From Squalus acanthias (taxonomy: Eukaryota), in the NCBI GenBank assembly GCA_030390025.1, contig JASTWF010000033.1, positions 2,668,001 to 2,732,000 on the forward strand: DNA of 64,000 nt. The letters are read 5' to 3'. The position numbers were made by a program, and so were the translations under genes. The notes under the pieces were generated by a model, which was given only the letters and a program-made list of their open reading frames with translations, did no database searches and was not told where the DNA came from. Below, in pieces: positions 48,745 to 61,232 of the stretch. Positions within the stretch are counted from its first letter, which is position 1; each line of letters begins with the position of its first letter.

Positions 48745-49428
48745 TGTAAGAAGATACGTTTCACGGTAAACTTGACTGAAGCTAAAGTGGCCAAATGTAC
48801 CGACAAATTTTGAGGTCAAATGACTGCTTGGCTAAAACGTTTGTAAAACTTGCAAACTGTTTTTTTCCTCCAAAAGATAATATCCTGAAAATTCTGTGAG
48901 AAACAGGAGTCCACCCTCAGATGCAAAAACATCGTCTTTCTCCAACCCCTGAACGTCTGGCTTTGGTTAACTAAGATTCGAAACAGATAAGAAAGAAAGT
49001 GAGAGAGAGAAAATAACGCTCTTCACTCAGTTCGGGACATGAATGCTGTGGGCGATTTGCCAAGTTTTGAGATATAAATGAAGATGTAGATTGACCACTC
49101 GCGGCTGCAGTCGAAGGGAACTTGGTCAGTTGCCAGTTAAAGTCAGACGTCTAGTCAACGCTAAATTGACCTCTCATTGGTGTTCGCTCGTATGTGGTTG
49201 CTTATGGTCACTTGAGCTTAAAGTAAATGATTTAGAATCGTGCGTCCTTGCTTGTAAAATGTAAATAAATTGATTACGGTTTGTTTTTGGTATTACTTGT
49301 AAGCTCTTTCTGATTTGAAGTAAAGAACAGTTTACACTGAAATCTTTGATTCGATTTGTGTGTTCTGCGGGTCTGAAATTTGGAAACTGTTTTTGACGGG
49401 GCGAGGGGTTATTTCTGCATGTCTTACA
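48745..49428 (+). mobile_element. 3' LTR (684 bp) of the env-bearing element
   Basis: Preceded by the purine tract GAGGGTGGG (48733-48741). Ends are 7-bp inverted repeats TGTAAGA...TCTTACA. TATAAA at 49073-49078 and AATAAA at 49264-49269. Confidence 0.72.
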
Positions 49429-49433
49429 ACATC

Positions 49434-51200
49434 TCCCCCAGTCCAAGTGCCAGACTCAGTGAGAGCAAAAACCTTATTCCCAGTCACAGTGAGAGCTACT
49501 CCCCCAGTCCCAGTCCCAGAGAGAGCTACTCCCACAGTCCCAGTGAGAGTTATTCCCTCAGTCCCAGTCCCAGTGAGAGCTACTCCCCCAGTCCCAGTCC
49601 CAGAGAGAGCTACTCCCCCAGTCCCAGTCCTAGTGAGAGCTACACCCCCAGTCCCAGTCCCAGTGAGAGCTACTCCCCCAGTCCCAGTCCCAGTGAGAGC
49701 TACACCCCCAGACCAAGTCCCAGTGAGAGCTACTCCCCCATCCCAGTCCCAGTGAGAGCTACTCCCCCAGTCCCAGTCACAGTGAGAGCTACACCCCCAG
49801 TCCAAGTCCCAGTGAGAGCTACTCCCCCAGTCCCAGTGAGAGCTACTCCCCCCGTCCCAGTGAGAACTACTCCCCCAGTCCCAGTCCCAGTGAGAGCTAC
49901 TCCCCCAGTCCCAGTGAGAGCTACTCCCCCAGTCCCAGTCCCAGTGAGAGCTACACCCCCAGACCAAGTCCCAGTGAGAGCTACTCCCCCATCCCAGTCC
50001 CAGTGAGAGCTACTCCCCCAGTCCCAGTCACAGTGAGAGCTACACCCCCAGTCGCAGTCCCAGTGAGAGCTACTCCCCCAGTCCCAGTGAGAGCTACTCC
50101 CCCCGTCCCAGTGAGAACTACTCCCCCAGTCCCAGTCCCAGTGAGAGCTACTCCCCCAGTCCCAGTGAGAGCTACTCCCCCAGTCCCAGTGAGAGCTACT
50201 CCCCCAGTCTCGGTCCCAGTGAGAGCTATTCCCCCAGTCCCAGTCCCAGTGACAGCTACTCCCCCAGTCGCAGTCCCAGTGACAGCTACTCCCAAAGACA
50301 CAGTCCCAGTGAGAGCTACCCCCCCAGTCTCAGTGAGAGTTACTCCCCCAGTCCCAGTCCCAGTGAGAGCTACTCCCCCAGTCCCAGTACCAGTGAGAGC
50401 TACTCCCCCAGTCCCAGTCCCAATGAGAGCTACTCCCCCAGTCCCAGTGAGAGCTACTCCCCCAGTCCCAGTACCAGTGAGAGCTACTCACCCAGTCCCA
50501 GTCCCAGTGAGAGCTACTCCCCCAGTCCCAGTACCAGTGAGAGCTACTCCCCCAGTCCCAGTCCCAGTGAGAGCTACTCCCCCAGTCCCAGTGAGAGCTA
50601 CTCCCCCCGTCCCAGTGAGAACTACTCCCCCAGTCCCAGTGAGAGCTACTCCCCCAGTCCCAGTCCCAGTGTGAGCTACTGCCCCAGTCCCAGTCCCAGT
50701 GAGAACTACTCCCCCAGTCCCAGTCCCAGTGTGAGCTACTGCCCCAGTCCCAGTCCCAGTGAGAGCTACTGCCCCAGTCCCAGTGAGAGCTACTCCCCCA
50801 GTCCCAGTGAGAGCTACTCCCCCAGTCCCAGTCCCAGTGTGAGCTACTGCCCCAGTCCCAGTCCCAGTGAGAACTACTCCCCCAGTCCCAGTCCCAGTGT
50901 GAGCTACTGCCCCAGTCCCAGTCCCAGTGAGAGCTACTCCCCCAGTCCCAGTGAGAGCTACTCCCCCAGTCCCAGTGAGAACTACTCCCCCAGTCCCAGT
51001 CCCAGTGTGAGCTACTGCCCCAGTCCCAGTCCCAGTGAGAGCTACTGCCCCAGTCCCAGTCCCAGTGAGAACTACTCCCCCAGTCCCAGTCCCAGTGTGA
51101 GCTACTGCCCCAGTCCCAGTCCCAGTGAGAGCTACTGCCCCAGTCCCAGTGAGAGCTACTCCCCCAGCTCCAATCCCAGTGAGAGCCACTCCCCCAGTCC
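49434..51200. repeat. 24/30-bp C-rich minisatellite
   Basis: Unit GTGAGAGCTACTCCCCCAGTCCCA, with or without an extra GTCCCA. Confidence 0.97.
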
Positions 51201-51435
51201 AAAATGCAGTGACAGAAGTGTGTCCACTAGTTGTCCACACTACGAGCAACAGCACACACATTTCAAAAGCAAGATCGTGCTTGAACAAATCTAATAGAAA
51301 TCTTTGAGGGAGTAACTGCAGCTGTTCAATTTGAACATGGAATCTTCTCGCTCAGTGGAAGAGGTTTCTCCATTTTTCTCACAACGTTCGACTGGATTCT
51401 CATCAGTTACTCCATTTTTCGCACGAGTTCCTGGC

Positions 51436-54400
51436 AGAATCTGAAAACAGGAGTGGATATAAAGAGCGGGAAAATTTGCTGAGAGGCGCGGATATAAAGA
51501 GCGGGAAAATCTGATGAGTGGAGTGGATATAAAGAGCGGGAGAATCTGCTGAGAGTAGCGGAAAAAAGGGCGGGAGAATCTGCTGAGAGGAGCGGATACA
51601 AAGAGCGGAGAATCTGCTGAGAGTAGCGGAAAAAAAGGGCGGGAGAATCTGCTGAGAGGAGCGGATACAAAGAGCGGGAGAATCTGCTGAGAGGAGCGGA
51701 TATAAAGAGCGGAGAATCTGCTGAGAGGAGCGGATACAAAGAGCGGGAGAATCTGCTGAATGGGGCGGATATAAAGAGCGGAGAATCTGCTGAGAGGAGC
51801 GGATACAAAGAGCGGGAGAATCTGCTGAATGGGGCGGATATAAAGAGCGGAGAATCTGCTGAGAGGAGCGGATACAAAGAGCGGGAGAATCTGCTGAATG
51901 GGGCGGATATAAAGATCGGAGAATCTGTTGAGAGGACCGGATATAAAGAGCGGGAGAATCTGCTGAATGGAGCAGATATAAAGAGCGGAGAATCAGCTGA
52001 GTGGAGCGGATATAAAGAGCAGAGAATCTGCTGAGAGGAGCGGATATAAAGTGCAGAGAATCTGTTGAGAGGACCGGATATAAAGAGCGGAGAATCTGCT
52101 GAGAGGAGCGGATATAAAGTGCGGGAGAATCTGCTGAATGGAGCAGATATAAAGAGCGGAGAATCAGCTGAGTGGAGCGGATATAAAGAGCAGAGAATCT
52201 GCTGAGAGGAGCGGATATAAAGAGCGGAGAATCTGCTGAGAGGAGCGGATATAAAGAGCGGAGAATCAGCTGAGTGGAGCGGATATAAAGAGCAGAGAAT
52301 CTGCTGAGAGGAGCGGATATAAAGAGCGGGAGAATCTGCTGAGAGGAGCGGATATATAGAGCGGAGAATCTGCTGAATGGAGCGGATATAAAGAGCGGGA
52401 GAATTTGCTGAGAGGAGCGGATATAAAGAGCGGAGAATCTGCTGAATGGAGCGGATATAAAGAGCGGGAGAATCTGCTGAGAGGAGCGGATATAAAGAGC
52501 GGGAGAATCTGCTGAGAGGAGCGGATATAAAGAGCGGGAGAATCTGCTGAGAGGATCGGATATAAAGAGCGGAGAATCTGCTGAGAGGAGCGGATATAAA
52601 GAGCGGAGAATCTGCTGAGAGGAGCGGATATAAAGAGCGGAGAATCTGCTGAGAGGATCGGATATAAAGAGCGGAGAATCTGCTGAGTGGAGCAGATATA
52701 ATGAGCGGAGAATCTGCTGAGAGGATCGGATATAAAGAGCGGGAGAATCTGCTGAGAGGAGCGGATAGAAAGAGCGGAGAATCTGCTGAGAGGATCGGAT
52801 ATAAAGAGCGGAGAATCTGCTGAGTGGAGCAGATATAAAGAGCGGAGAATCTGCTGAGAGGATCGGATATAAAGAGCGGGAGAATCTGCTGAGTGGAGTG
52901 GATATAAAGAGCGGGAGAATCTGCTGAATGGAGCGGATATAAAGAGCGGAGAATCTGCTGAGAGGAGCGGATATAAAGAGCGGAGAATCTGCTGAGAGGA
53001 GCGGATATAAAGAGCGGGAGAATCTGCTGAGTGGAGTGGATATAAAGAGCGGGAGAATCTGCTGAATGGAGCGGATATAAAGAGCGGAGAATCTGCTGAG
53101 AGGAGCGGATATAAAGAGCGGGAGAATCTGCTGAATGGAGCGGATAAAAAGAGCGGGAGAATCTGCTGAGAGGAGCGTATATAAAGAGCGGAGAATCTGC
53201 TGAGAGGAGCGGATATAAAGAGCGGGAGAATCTGCTGAATGGAGCGGATAAAAAGAGCGGGAGAATCTGCTGAGAGGAGCGGATATAAAGAGCGGAGAAT
53301 CTGCTGAATGGAGCGGATATAAAGAGCGGGAGAATCTGCTGAGAGGAGCGGATATAAAGAGCGGAGAATCTGCTGAATGGAGCGGATATAAAGAGCGGAG
53401 AATCTGCTGAATGGAGCGGATAAAAAGAGCGGGATAATCTGCTGAGACGAGCGGATATAAAGAGCGGGAGAATCTGCTGAGTGGAGCGGATATAAAGAGT
53501 GGAGAATCTCCTGAGAGGAGCGGATAAAAAGAGCGGGAGAATCTGCTGAATGGAGCGGATATAAAGAGCGGAGAATCTGCTGAGAGGAGTGGATATAAAG
53601 AGCGGAGAATCTGCTGACAGGAGCGGATATAAAGAGCGGAGAATCTGCTGACAGGAGCGGATATAAAGAGCGGAGAATCTGCTGAATGGTGCGGATTTAA
53701 AGAGCGGAGAATCTGCTGAGGGGAGCGGATACAAAGAGCGGGAGAATCTGCTGAATGGGGCGGATATAAAGAGCGGAGAATCTGCTGAGAGGAGCGGATA
53801 CAAAGAGCGGGAGAATCTGCTGAATGGGGCGGATATAAAGATCGGAGAATCTGTTGAGAGGACCGGATATAAAGAGCGGGAGAATCTGCTGAATGGAGCA
53901 GATATAAAGAGCGGAGAATCAGCTGAGTGGAGCGGATATAAAGAGCAGAGAATCTGCTGAGAGGAGCGGATATAAAGTGCAGAGAATCTGTTGAGAGGAC
54001 CGGATATAAAGAGCGGAGAATCTGCTGAGAGGAGCGGATATAAAGTGCGGGAGAATCTGCTGAATGGAGCGGATATAAAGAGCGGAGAATCAGCTGAGTG
54101 GAGCGGATAGAAAGAGCAGAGAATCTGCTGAGAGGAGCGGATATAAAGAGCGGAGAATCTGCTGAGAGGAGCGGATATAAAGAGCGGAGAATCAGCTGAG
54201 TGGAGCGGATATAAAGAGCAGAGAATCTGCTGAGAGGAGCGGATATAAAGAGCGGGAGAATCTGCTGAGAGGAGCGGATATATAGAGCGGAGAATCTGCT
54301 GAATGGAGCGGATATAAAGAGCGGGAGAATTTGCTGAGAGGAGCGGATATAAAGAGCGGAGAATCTGCTGAATGGAGCGGATATAAAGAGCGGGAGAATC

Positions 54401-57400
54401 TGCTGAGAGGAGCGGATATAAAGAGCGGGAGAATCTGCTGAGAGGAGCGGATATAAAGAGCGGGAGAATCTGCTGAGAGGATCGGATATAAAGAGCGGAG
54501 AATCTGCTGAGAGGAGCGGATATAAAGAGCGGAGAATCTGCTGAGAGGAGCGGATATAAAGAGCGGAGAATCTGCTGAGAGGATCGGATATAAAGAGCGG
54601 AGAATCTGCTGAGTGGAGCAGATATAATGAGCGGAGAATCTGCTGAGAGGATCGGATATAAAGAGCGGGAGAATCTGCTGAGAGGAGCGGATAGAAAGAG
54701 CGGAGAATCTGCTGAGAGGATCGGATATAAAGAGCGGAGAATCTGCTGAGTGGAGCAGATATAAAGAGCGGAGAATCTGCTGAGAGGATCGGATATAAAG
54801 AGCGGGAGAATCTGCTGAGTGGAGTGGATATAAAGAGCGGGAGAATCTGCTGAATGGAGCGGATATAAAGAGCGGAGAATCTGCTGAGAGGAGCGGATAT
54901 AAAGAGCGGAGAATCTGCTGAGAGGAGCGGATATAAAGAGCGGGAGAATCTGCTGAGTGGAGTGGATATAAAGAGCGGGAGAATCTGCTGAATGGAGCGG
55001 ATATAAAGAGCGGAGAATCTGCTGAGAGGAGCGGATATAAAGAGCGGGAGAATCTGCTGAATGGAGCGGATATAAAGAGCGGGAGAATCTGCTGAGAGGA
55101 GCGGATATAAAGAGCGGAGAATCTGCTGAGAGGAGCGGATATAAAGAGCGGGAGAATCTGCTGAATGGAGCGGATATAAAGAGCGGGAGAATCTGCTGAG
55201 AGGAGCGGATATAAAGAGCGGAGAATCTGCTGAATGGAGCGGATATAAAGAGCGGGAGAATCTGCTGAGAGGAGCGGATATAAAGAGCGGAGAATCTGCT
55301 GAATGGAGCGGATATAAAGAGCGGAGAATCTGCTGAATGGAGCGGATATAAAGAGCGGAGAATCTGCTGAGACGAGCGGATATAAAGAGCGGGAGAATCT
55401 GCTGAGTGGAGCGGATATAAAGAGTGGAGAATCTCCTGAGAGGAGCGGATAAAAAGAGCGGGAGAATCTGCTGAATGGAGCGGATATAAAGAGCGGAGAA
55501 TCTGCTGAGAGGAGTGGATATAAAGAGCGGAGAATCTGCTGACAGGAGCGGATATAAAGAGCGGAGAATCTGCTGAAAGGAGCGGATATAAAGAGCGGAG
55601 AATCTGCTGAATGGTGCGGATTTAAAGAGCGGAGAATCTGCTGAGAGGAGCGGATATAAAGAGCGGAGAATCTGCTGAGAGGAGCGGATATAAAGAGCGG
55701 GAGAATGTGCTGAGAGGAGCGGATATAAAGAGCGGAGAATCTGCTGAAAGGAGCGGATATAAAGAGCGGAGAATCTGCTGAATGGAGCGGATAAAAAGAG
55801 CGGGAGAATCTGCTGAATGGAGCGGATATAAAGAGCGGGAGAATCTGCAGAGAGGAGCGGATATAAAGAGCAGAGAATCTGCTGAGAGGAGCGGATATAA
55901 AGAGCGGGAGAATCTGCTGAATGGAGCGGATATAAAGAGCGGGAGAATCTGCTGAGCGGAGTGGATGTAAAGAGCGGGAGAATCTGCCGAGAGGAGCGGA
56001 TAAAAAGAGCGGGAGAATCTGCTGAATGGAGCGGATAAAAAGAGCGGGAGAATCTGCTGAGAGGAGCGGATATAAAGAGCGGAGAATCTGCTGAGAGGAG
56101 CGGATATAAAGAGCGGGAGAATCTGCTGAATGGAGCGGATATAAAGAGCGGGAGAATCTGCTGAGAGGAGCGGATATAAAGAGCGGAGAATCTGCTGAGA
56201 GGAGCGGATATAAAGAGCGGGAGAATCTGCTGAATGGAGCGGATAAAAAGAGCGGGAGAATCTGCTGAATGGAGCGGATAAAAAGAGCGGGAGAATCTGC
56301 TGAGAGGAGCGGATATAAAGAGCGGAGAATCTGCTGAGAGGAGCGGATATAAAGAGCGGGAGAATCTGCTGAATGGAGCGGATAAAAAGAGCGGGAGAAT
56401 CTGCTGAGAGGAGCGGATATAAAGAGCGGAGAATCTGCTGAATGGAGCGGATAAAAAGAGCGGGAGAATCTGCTGAGAGGAGCGGATATAAAGAGCGGAG
56501 AATCTGCTGAATGGAGCGGATAAAAAGAGCGGGAGAATCTGCTGAGAGGAGCGGATATAAAGAGCGGGAGAATCTCCTGAGAGGAGCGGATAAAAAGAGC
56601 GGGAGAATCTGCTGAATGGAGCGGATATAAAGAGTGGAGAATCTGCTGAATGGAGCGGATATAAAGAGCGGAGAATCTGCTGAGCGGAGCGGATATAAAG
56701 AGCGAGAGAATCTCCTGAGAGGAGCGGATAAAAAGAGCGGGAGAATCTGCTGAATGGAGCGGATATAAAGAGCGGATAATCTGCTGAGAGGAGCGGATAT
56801 AAAGAGCGGAGAATCTGCTGACAGGAGCGGATATAAAGAGCGGAGAATCTGCTGACAGGAGCGGATATAAAGAGCGGAGAATCTGCTGAATGGTGCGGAT
56901 TTAAAGAGCGGAGAATCTGCTGAGAGGAGCGGATATAAAGAGCGGAAAATCTGCTGAGAGGAGTGGATATAAAGAGCGGAGAATCTGCTGACAGGAGCGG
57001 ATATAAAGAGCGGAGAATCTGCTGAATGGTGCGGATTTAAAGAGCGGAGAATCTGCTGAGAGGAGCGGATATAAAGAGCGGAAAATCTGCTGAGAGGAGC
57101 GGATATAAAGAGCGGAGAATCTGCTGACAGGAGCGGATATAAAGAGCGGAGAATCTGCTGAGAGGAGCGGATATAAAGAGCCGAGAATCTGCTGAGAGGA
57201 GCGGATATAAAGAGCGGAGAATCTGCTGAGAGGAGCGGATATAAAGAGCGGAGAATCTGCTGAGAGGAGCGGATATAAAGAGCGGAGAATCTGCTGAGAG
57301 GAGCGGATATAAAGAGCGGGAGAATCTGCTGAACGGAGCGGATATAAAGAGCGGAAAATCTGCTGAGAGGAGCGGATATAAAGAGCGGAGAATCTGCTGA

Positions 57401-59515
57401 GAAGAGCGGATATAAAGAGCGGAGAATCTGCTGAATTGTGCGGATATAAAGAGCGGATAATCTGCTGAGAGGAGCGGATATAAAGATCGGAGAATCTGCA
57501 GAGAGGAGCGGATATAAAGAGCGGAGAATCTGCTGAGAGGAGCGGATATAAAGAGCGGAGAATCTGCTGAAAGGAGCGGATATAAAGATCGGAGAATCTG
57601 CAGAGAGGAGCGGATATAAAGAGCGGGAGAATCTGCTGAATGGAGCGGATATAAAGAGCGGAGAATCTGCTGAATGGAGCGGATATAAAGAGCGGAGAAT
57701 CTGCTGAATGGAGCGGATATAAAGAGCGGGAGAATCTGCTGAATGGAGCGGATATAAATAGCGGGAAAATCTGTTGAGGAGCGGATATAAAGAGCGGAGA
57801 ATCTGCTGAGAGGAGCGGATATAAAGAGCGGGAGAATCTGCTGAGAGGAGCGGATGTAAAGAGCGGGAGAATCTGCGGAGAGGAGCGGATATAAAGAGCG
57901 GAGAATCTGCTGAGCGGAGCGGATATAAAGAGCGGAGAATCTGCTGAGAGGAGCGGATATAAAGAGCGGAGAATCTGCTGAGCGGAGCGGATATAAAGAG
58001 CGGGAGAATCTGCTGAAAGGAGCGGATATGAAGAGTGGGAGAATCTGCGGAGAGGAGCGGATATAAAGAGCGGAGAATCAGCTGAGAGGAGCGGATATAA
58101 AGAGCGGAGAATCTGCTGAGCGGCGCGGATATAAAGAGCGGGAGAATCTGCTGAATGGTGCGGATATAAAGAGCGGGAGAATCTGCTGAGAGGAGCGGAT
58201 ATAAAGAGCGGAGAATCTGCTGAGAGGAGCGGATATAAAGTGCGGAGAATCTGCTGAGAGGAGCGGATATAAAGAGTGGGAGAATCTGCTGAGAGGAGCG
58301 GATATAAAGAGCGGAGAATCTGCTGAGAGGAGCGGATATAAAGAGCGGAGAATCTGCTGAGAGGAGCGGATATAAAGAGCGGAGAATCTGCTGAGAGGAG
58401 CGGATATAAAGAGCGGGAGAATCTGCTGAATGGAGCGGATATAAAGAGCGGAGAATCTGCTGAGAGGAGCGGATATAAAGAGCGGGAGAATCTGCTGAAT
58501 GGTGCGGATATAAAGTGCGGAGAATCTGCTGAGAGGAGCGGATATAAGGAGCGGAGAATCTGCTGAGAGGAGCGGATATAAAGAGCGGGAGAATCTGCTG
58601 AATGGAGCGGATATAAAGAGCGGGAGAATCTGCTGAGTGGAGCGGATATAAAGAGCGGAGAATCTGCTGAATGGAGCGGATATAAATAGCGGGAAAATCT
58701 GTTGAATGGAGCGGATATAAAGAGCGGAGAATCTGCTGAATGGAGCGGATATAAAGAGCGGAGAATCTGCTGAATGGAGCGGATATAAAGAGCGGGAGAA
58801 TCTGCTTAGAGGAGCGGATATAAAGAGCGGTGTATCTGCTGAGAGGAGCGGATATAAAGAGCCGAGAATCTGCTGAATGGACCTGATATAAAGAGCGGGA
58901 ACATCTGCTGAGAGGGGCGGATATAAAGAGCGGGAGAATCTGCTGAGAGGAGCGGATATAAAGAGCGGAGAATCTGCTGAATGGAGCGGATATAAAGAGC
59001 GGAGAATCTGCTGAGAGGAGCGGATATAAAGAGCGGGAGAATCTGCTGAGAGGAGCGGATATAAAGAGCAGGAGAATCTGCTGAAAGGAGCGGATATAAA
59101 GAGTGGGAGAATCTGCTGAATGGGGCGGATATAAAGAGCAGGAGAATCTGCTGAGAGGAGCGGATATAAAGAGCGGAGAATCTGCTGAATGGGGCGGATA
59201 TAAAGAGCGGAGAATCTGCTGAGAGGAGCGGATATAAAGAGCGGGAGAATCTGCTGAGAGGAGCGGATATAAAGAGCGGAGAATCTGCTGAGAGGAGCGG
59301 ATATAAAGAGCGGAGAATCTGCTGAATGGAGCGGATATAAAGAGCGGAGAATCTGCTGAGAGGAGCGGATATAAAGAGCGGGAGAATCTGCTGAGAGGAG
59401 CGGATATAAAGAGCGGAGAATCTGCTGAGATGAGCGGCTATAAAGAGCGGGAGAATCTGCTGAGAGGAGCGGATATAAAGAGCGGATAATCTGCTGAGAG
59501 GAGCGGATATAAAGA
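51436..59515. repeat. 34/35-bp satellite array, about 8.1 kb (roughly 235 units)
   Basis: Unit AGAATCTGCTGAGAGGAGCGGATATAAAGAGCGG(G), with common variant GAATGG for GAGAGG. Confidence 0.98.
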
Positions 59516-59559
59516 ACAGGCACAGTTTCGATGGAGCGAATGACCTCCTTCTGTGATGT

Positions 59560-60590
59560 TGTATGTTTCCATTATGCTCGGAGTTTGAGATTTAAAACAG
59601 GTGTCATCAGCTTCAATGTAAACGTTTGTCCAATATCTGCGAATGAAGGGTCCAGTGGGAAGTATGTTGATGAGCAAGTAGAGAGAGCGAGGATAGATCC
59701 TTGGGAGCCATTTATGGCAACGGGGATGTGGGGTGTGGGAGAAACGCTATTGCTGGAGATCCTCCGGCTCCAATCAAATTGGTAAACGTGGAAACAAGTA
59801 AGGGAAGTCCCACCAAAAGAGAGGCCAGTGACAGAGGAAAGAAGAGGAGACGGATTGGACGAGAGACTGAGAGACTGGAGCTGATCAATGCATGATTGAG
59901 GGTTTCGGTGCCAGATCAGGGACAAGTAGTCATCAGAGGTTACAAAACATCATATTGAGCCTGAGACAACAGGCAGGGCTGAAAATGGAATCGGCGTCAT
60001 GCGTTTGGAGTTTGTGGTGGGGCAGATATGATACCTTCCGCCTTCCTCATGTTTAATTGCTGCAAATCGCAGCTCATGCATAACTGTGGTAGTCTGATAA
60101 CACAGATGTAGTGGAGGTTGGAGAGAGATGGTGGAGCATGTACATGAGGATGAGGGCGAGGAAAGGGGCAAGATTGGAAAGTTCATAGACTGGAGAGTGA
60201 ACGGTGCTGGAGTGAGAAGAGAATCCATTGCTTAAGATGCTCTGGTTTCCATAACATCGGTAAGATTGGGACCAAGAGAGGACAGTCCCAGCGAAATAGG
60301 CCAGTTTCAGAGGTGTGAAGAGAACACGGGTGTGTTGGCTGCAGGTTTGGAGGAGAGGGTGGAGATGGCGAGGGATGAGGCCATGGAGGGTTTTAAACTC
60401 AAGCATCAGAATTTAAACTTAATGCTTTGGGGGGATTGAGAGTCAATGCGGCTCAGTGAGGGCGAGCGGGACTTTGGTAGGTTGGAGATGTGCGGCAGAG
60501 TGCTGGTTCGGTTGACATTGATGGAAGGTGGAGGTTGGGTGGCCGGCCAAGAGTGAGCTGGAGGAAACGTGTCATGAGGTGGAACAGTTC
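59560..60590 (-). mobile_element. Degraded L2-type LINE fragments
   Basis: The reverse complement resembles the L2-like pieces at 39500-41340 and 27540-28270, e.g. GAGGGATGAGGCCATGGAGGGTTTTAAA. Confidence 0.55.
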
Positions 60591-61079
60591 TAATTTTGCT
60601 CGACTTGCTATACCATGTAGAATAAACAGCTAAACATCTGCAGTAAAAAAGTAGAGAGAGGACTTTAAATGGGTCACTTTCCGTGTCCGTCCACTAATAT
60701 CGCCCACAGTAATTTCTAGGCTGCAATCCTGAAAATGGCCTTTAACTGTCCCTGTGCCAGGGACCGAAGCATCATTATTGCATTGGGTAACTACAGGGAC
60801 AGAGTCAAACGTGTCTGCTTGTTTCCCTGGATTCTGTGTACACTGCAGAGAAATAGCTAACATTTATAAATCGTTTGATAGCAGGAAACTTGGTCAATAC
60901 ATTTACATGAAAGCTGTAAATGAAGCCGCTCATTATTGCTGGATGAGTCCTGTATGGGGAGATCTTTCAGCCTTATTCCCGAAAGAGGGCTGATTAAGAT
61001 GTACTCATTGAGATGATTGTGTTGTATGCACCATATTGTTCACTTCGGACTCAATGGTCCTGATGTAATGTGATTGATC

Positions 61080-61232
61080 TAGTGCCTGTAACTAATATCA
61101 ATGATCAGGGGCATAACGGTGTCAGTGGAGATTAACCCCTTTATAAATCAGGGCTCATTGAAATGAATCAGCTCAGAGAGCCTGCCGGAGCTGTGGGTTC
61201 CACTCCAGCAGAAGTCGCTGCTTCTCACAGAA
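61080..61232 (+). promoter_or_regulatory. Conserved GPCR proximal promoter/5' UTR with TATA box
   Basis: TATAAAT at 61142-61148, about 85 bp upstream of the ATG. Paralogous to 38602-38755(-). Confidence 0.65.

Noticed and set aside
49484..50036. V(D)J RSS heptamers (CACAGTG) within the minisatellite
   Set aside because: They are point variants of CCCAGTG. No nonamer at 12/23 spacing and no V/J segments were seen.
49332..51307. Pro/Val-, Ser/Pro-, Trp/Asp- and Gly/Thr-rich repetitive ORFs
   Set aside because: They are translations of the 24/30-bp minisatellite on both strands, with no independent coding evidence.
43047..59515. CRISPR-like arrays
   Set aside because: Units are head-to-tail with no unique spacers, no cas genes are present, and the context is eukaryotic.
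51407..59523. 798-aa and 481-aa minus-strand ORFs
   Set aside because: The minus strand of the 34/35-bp unit has no stop codon in any frame, and the translation wanders through all three frames as unit length varies. This is a satellite artefact.
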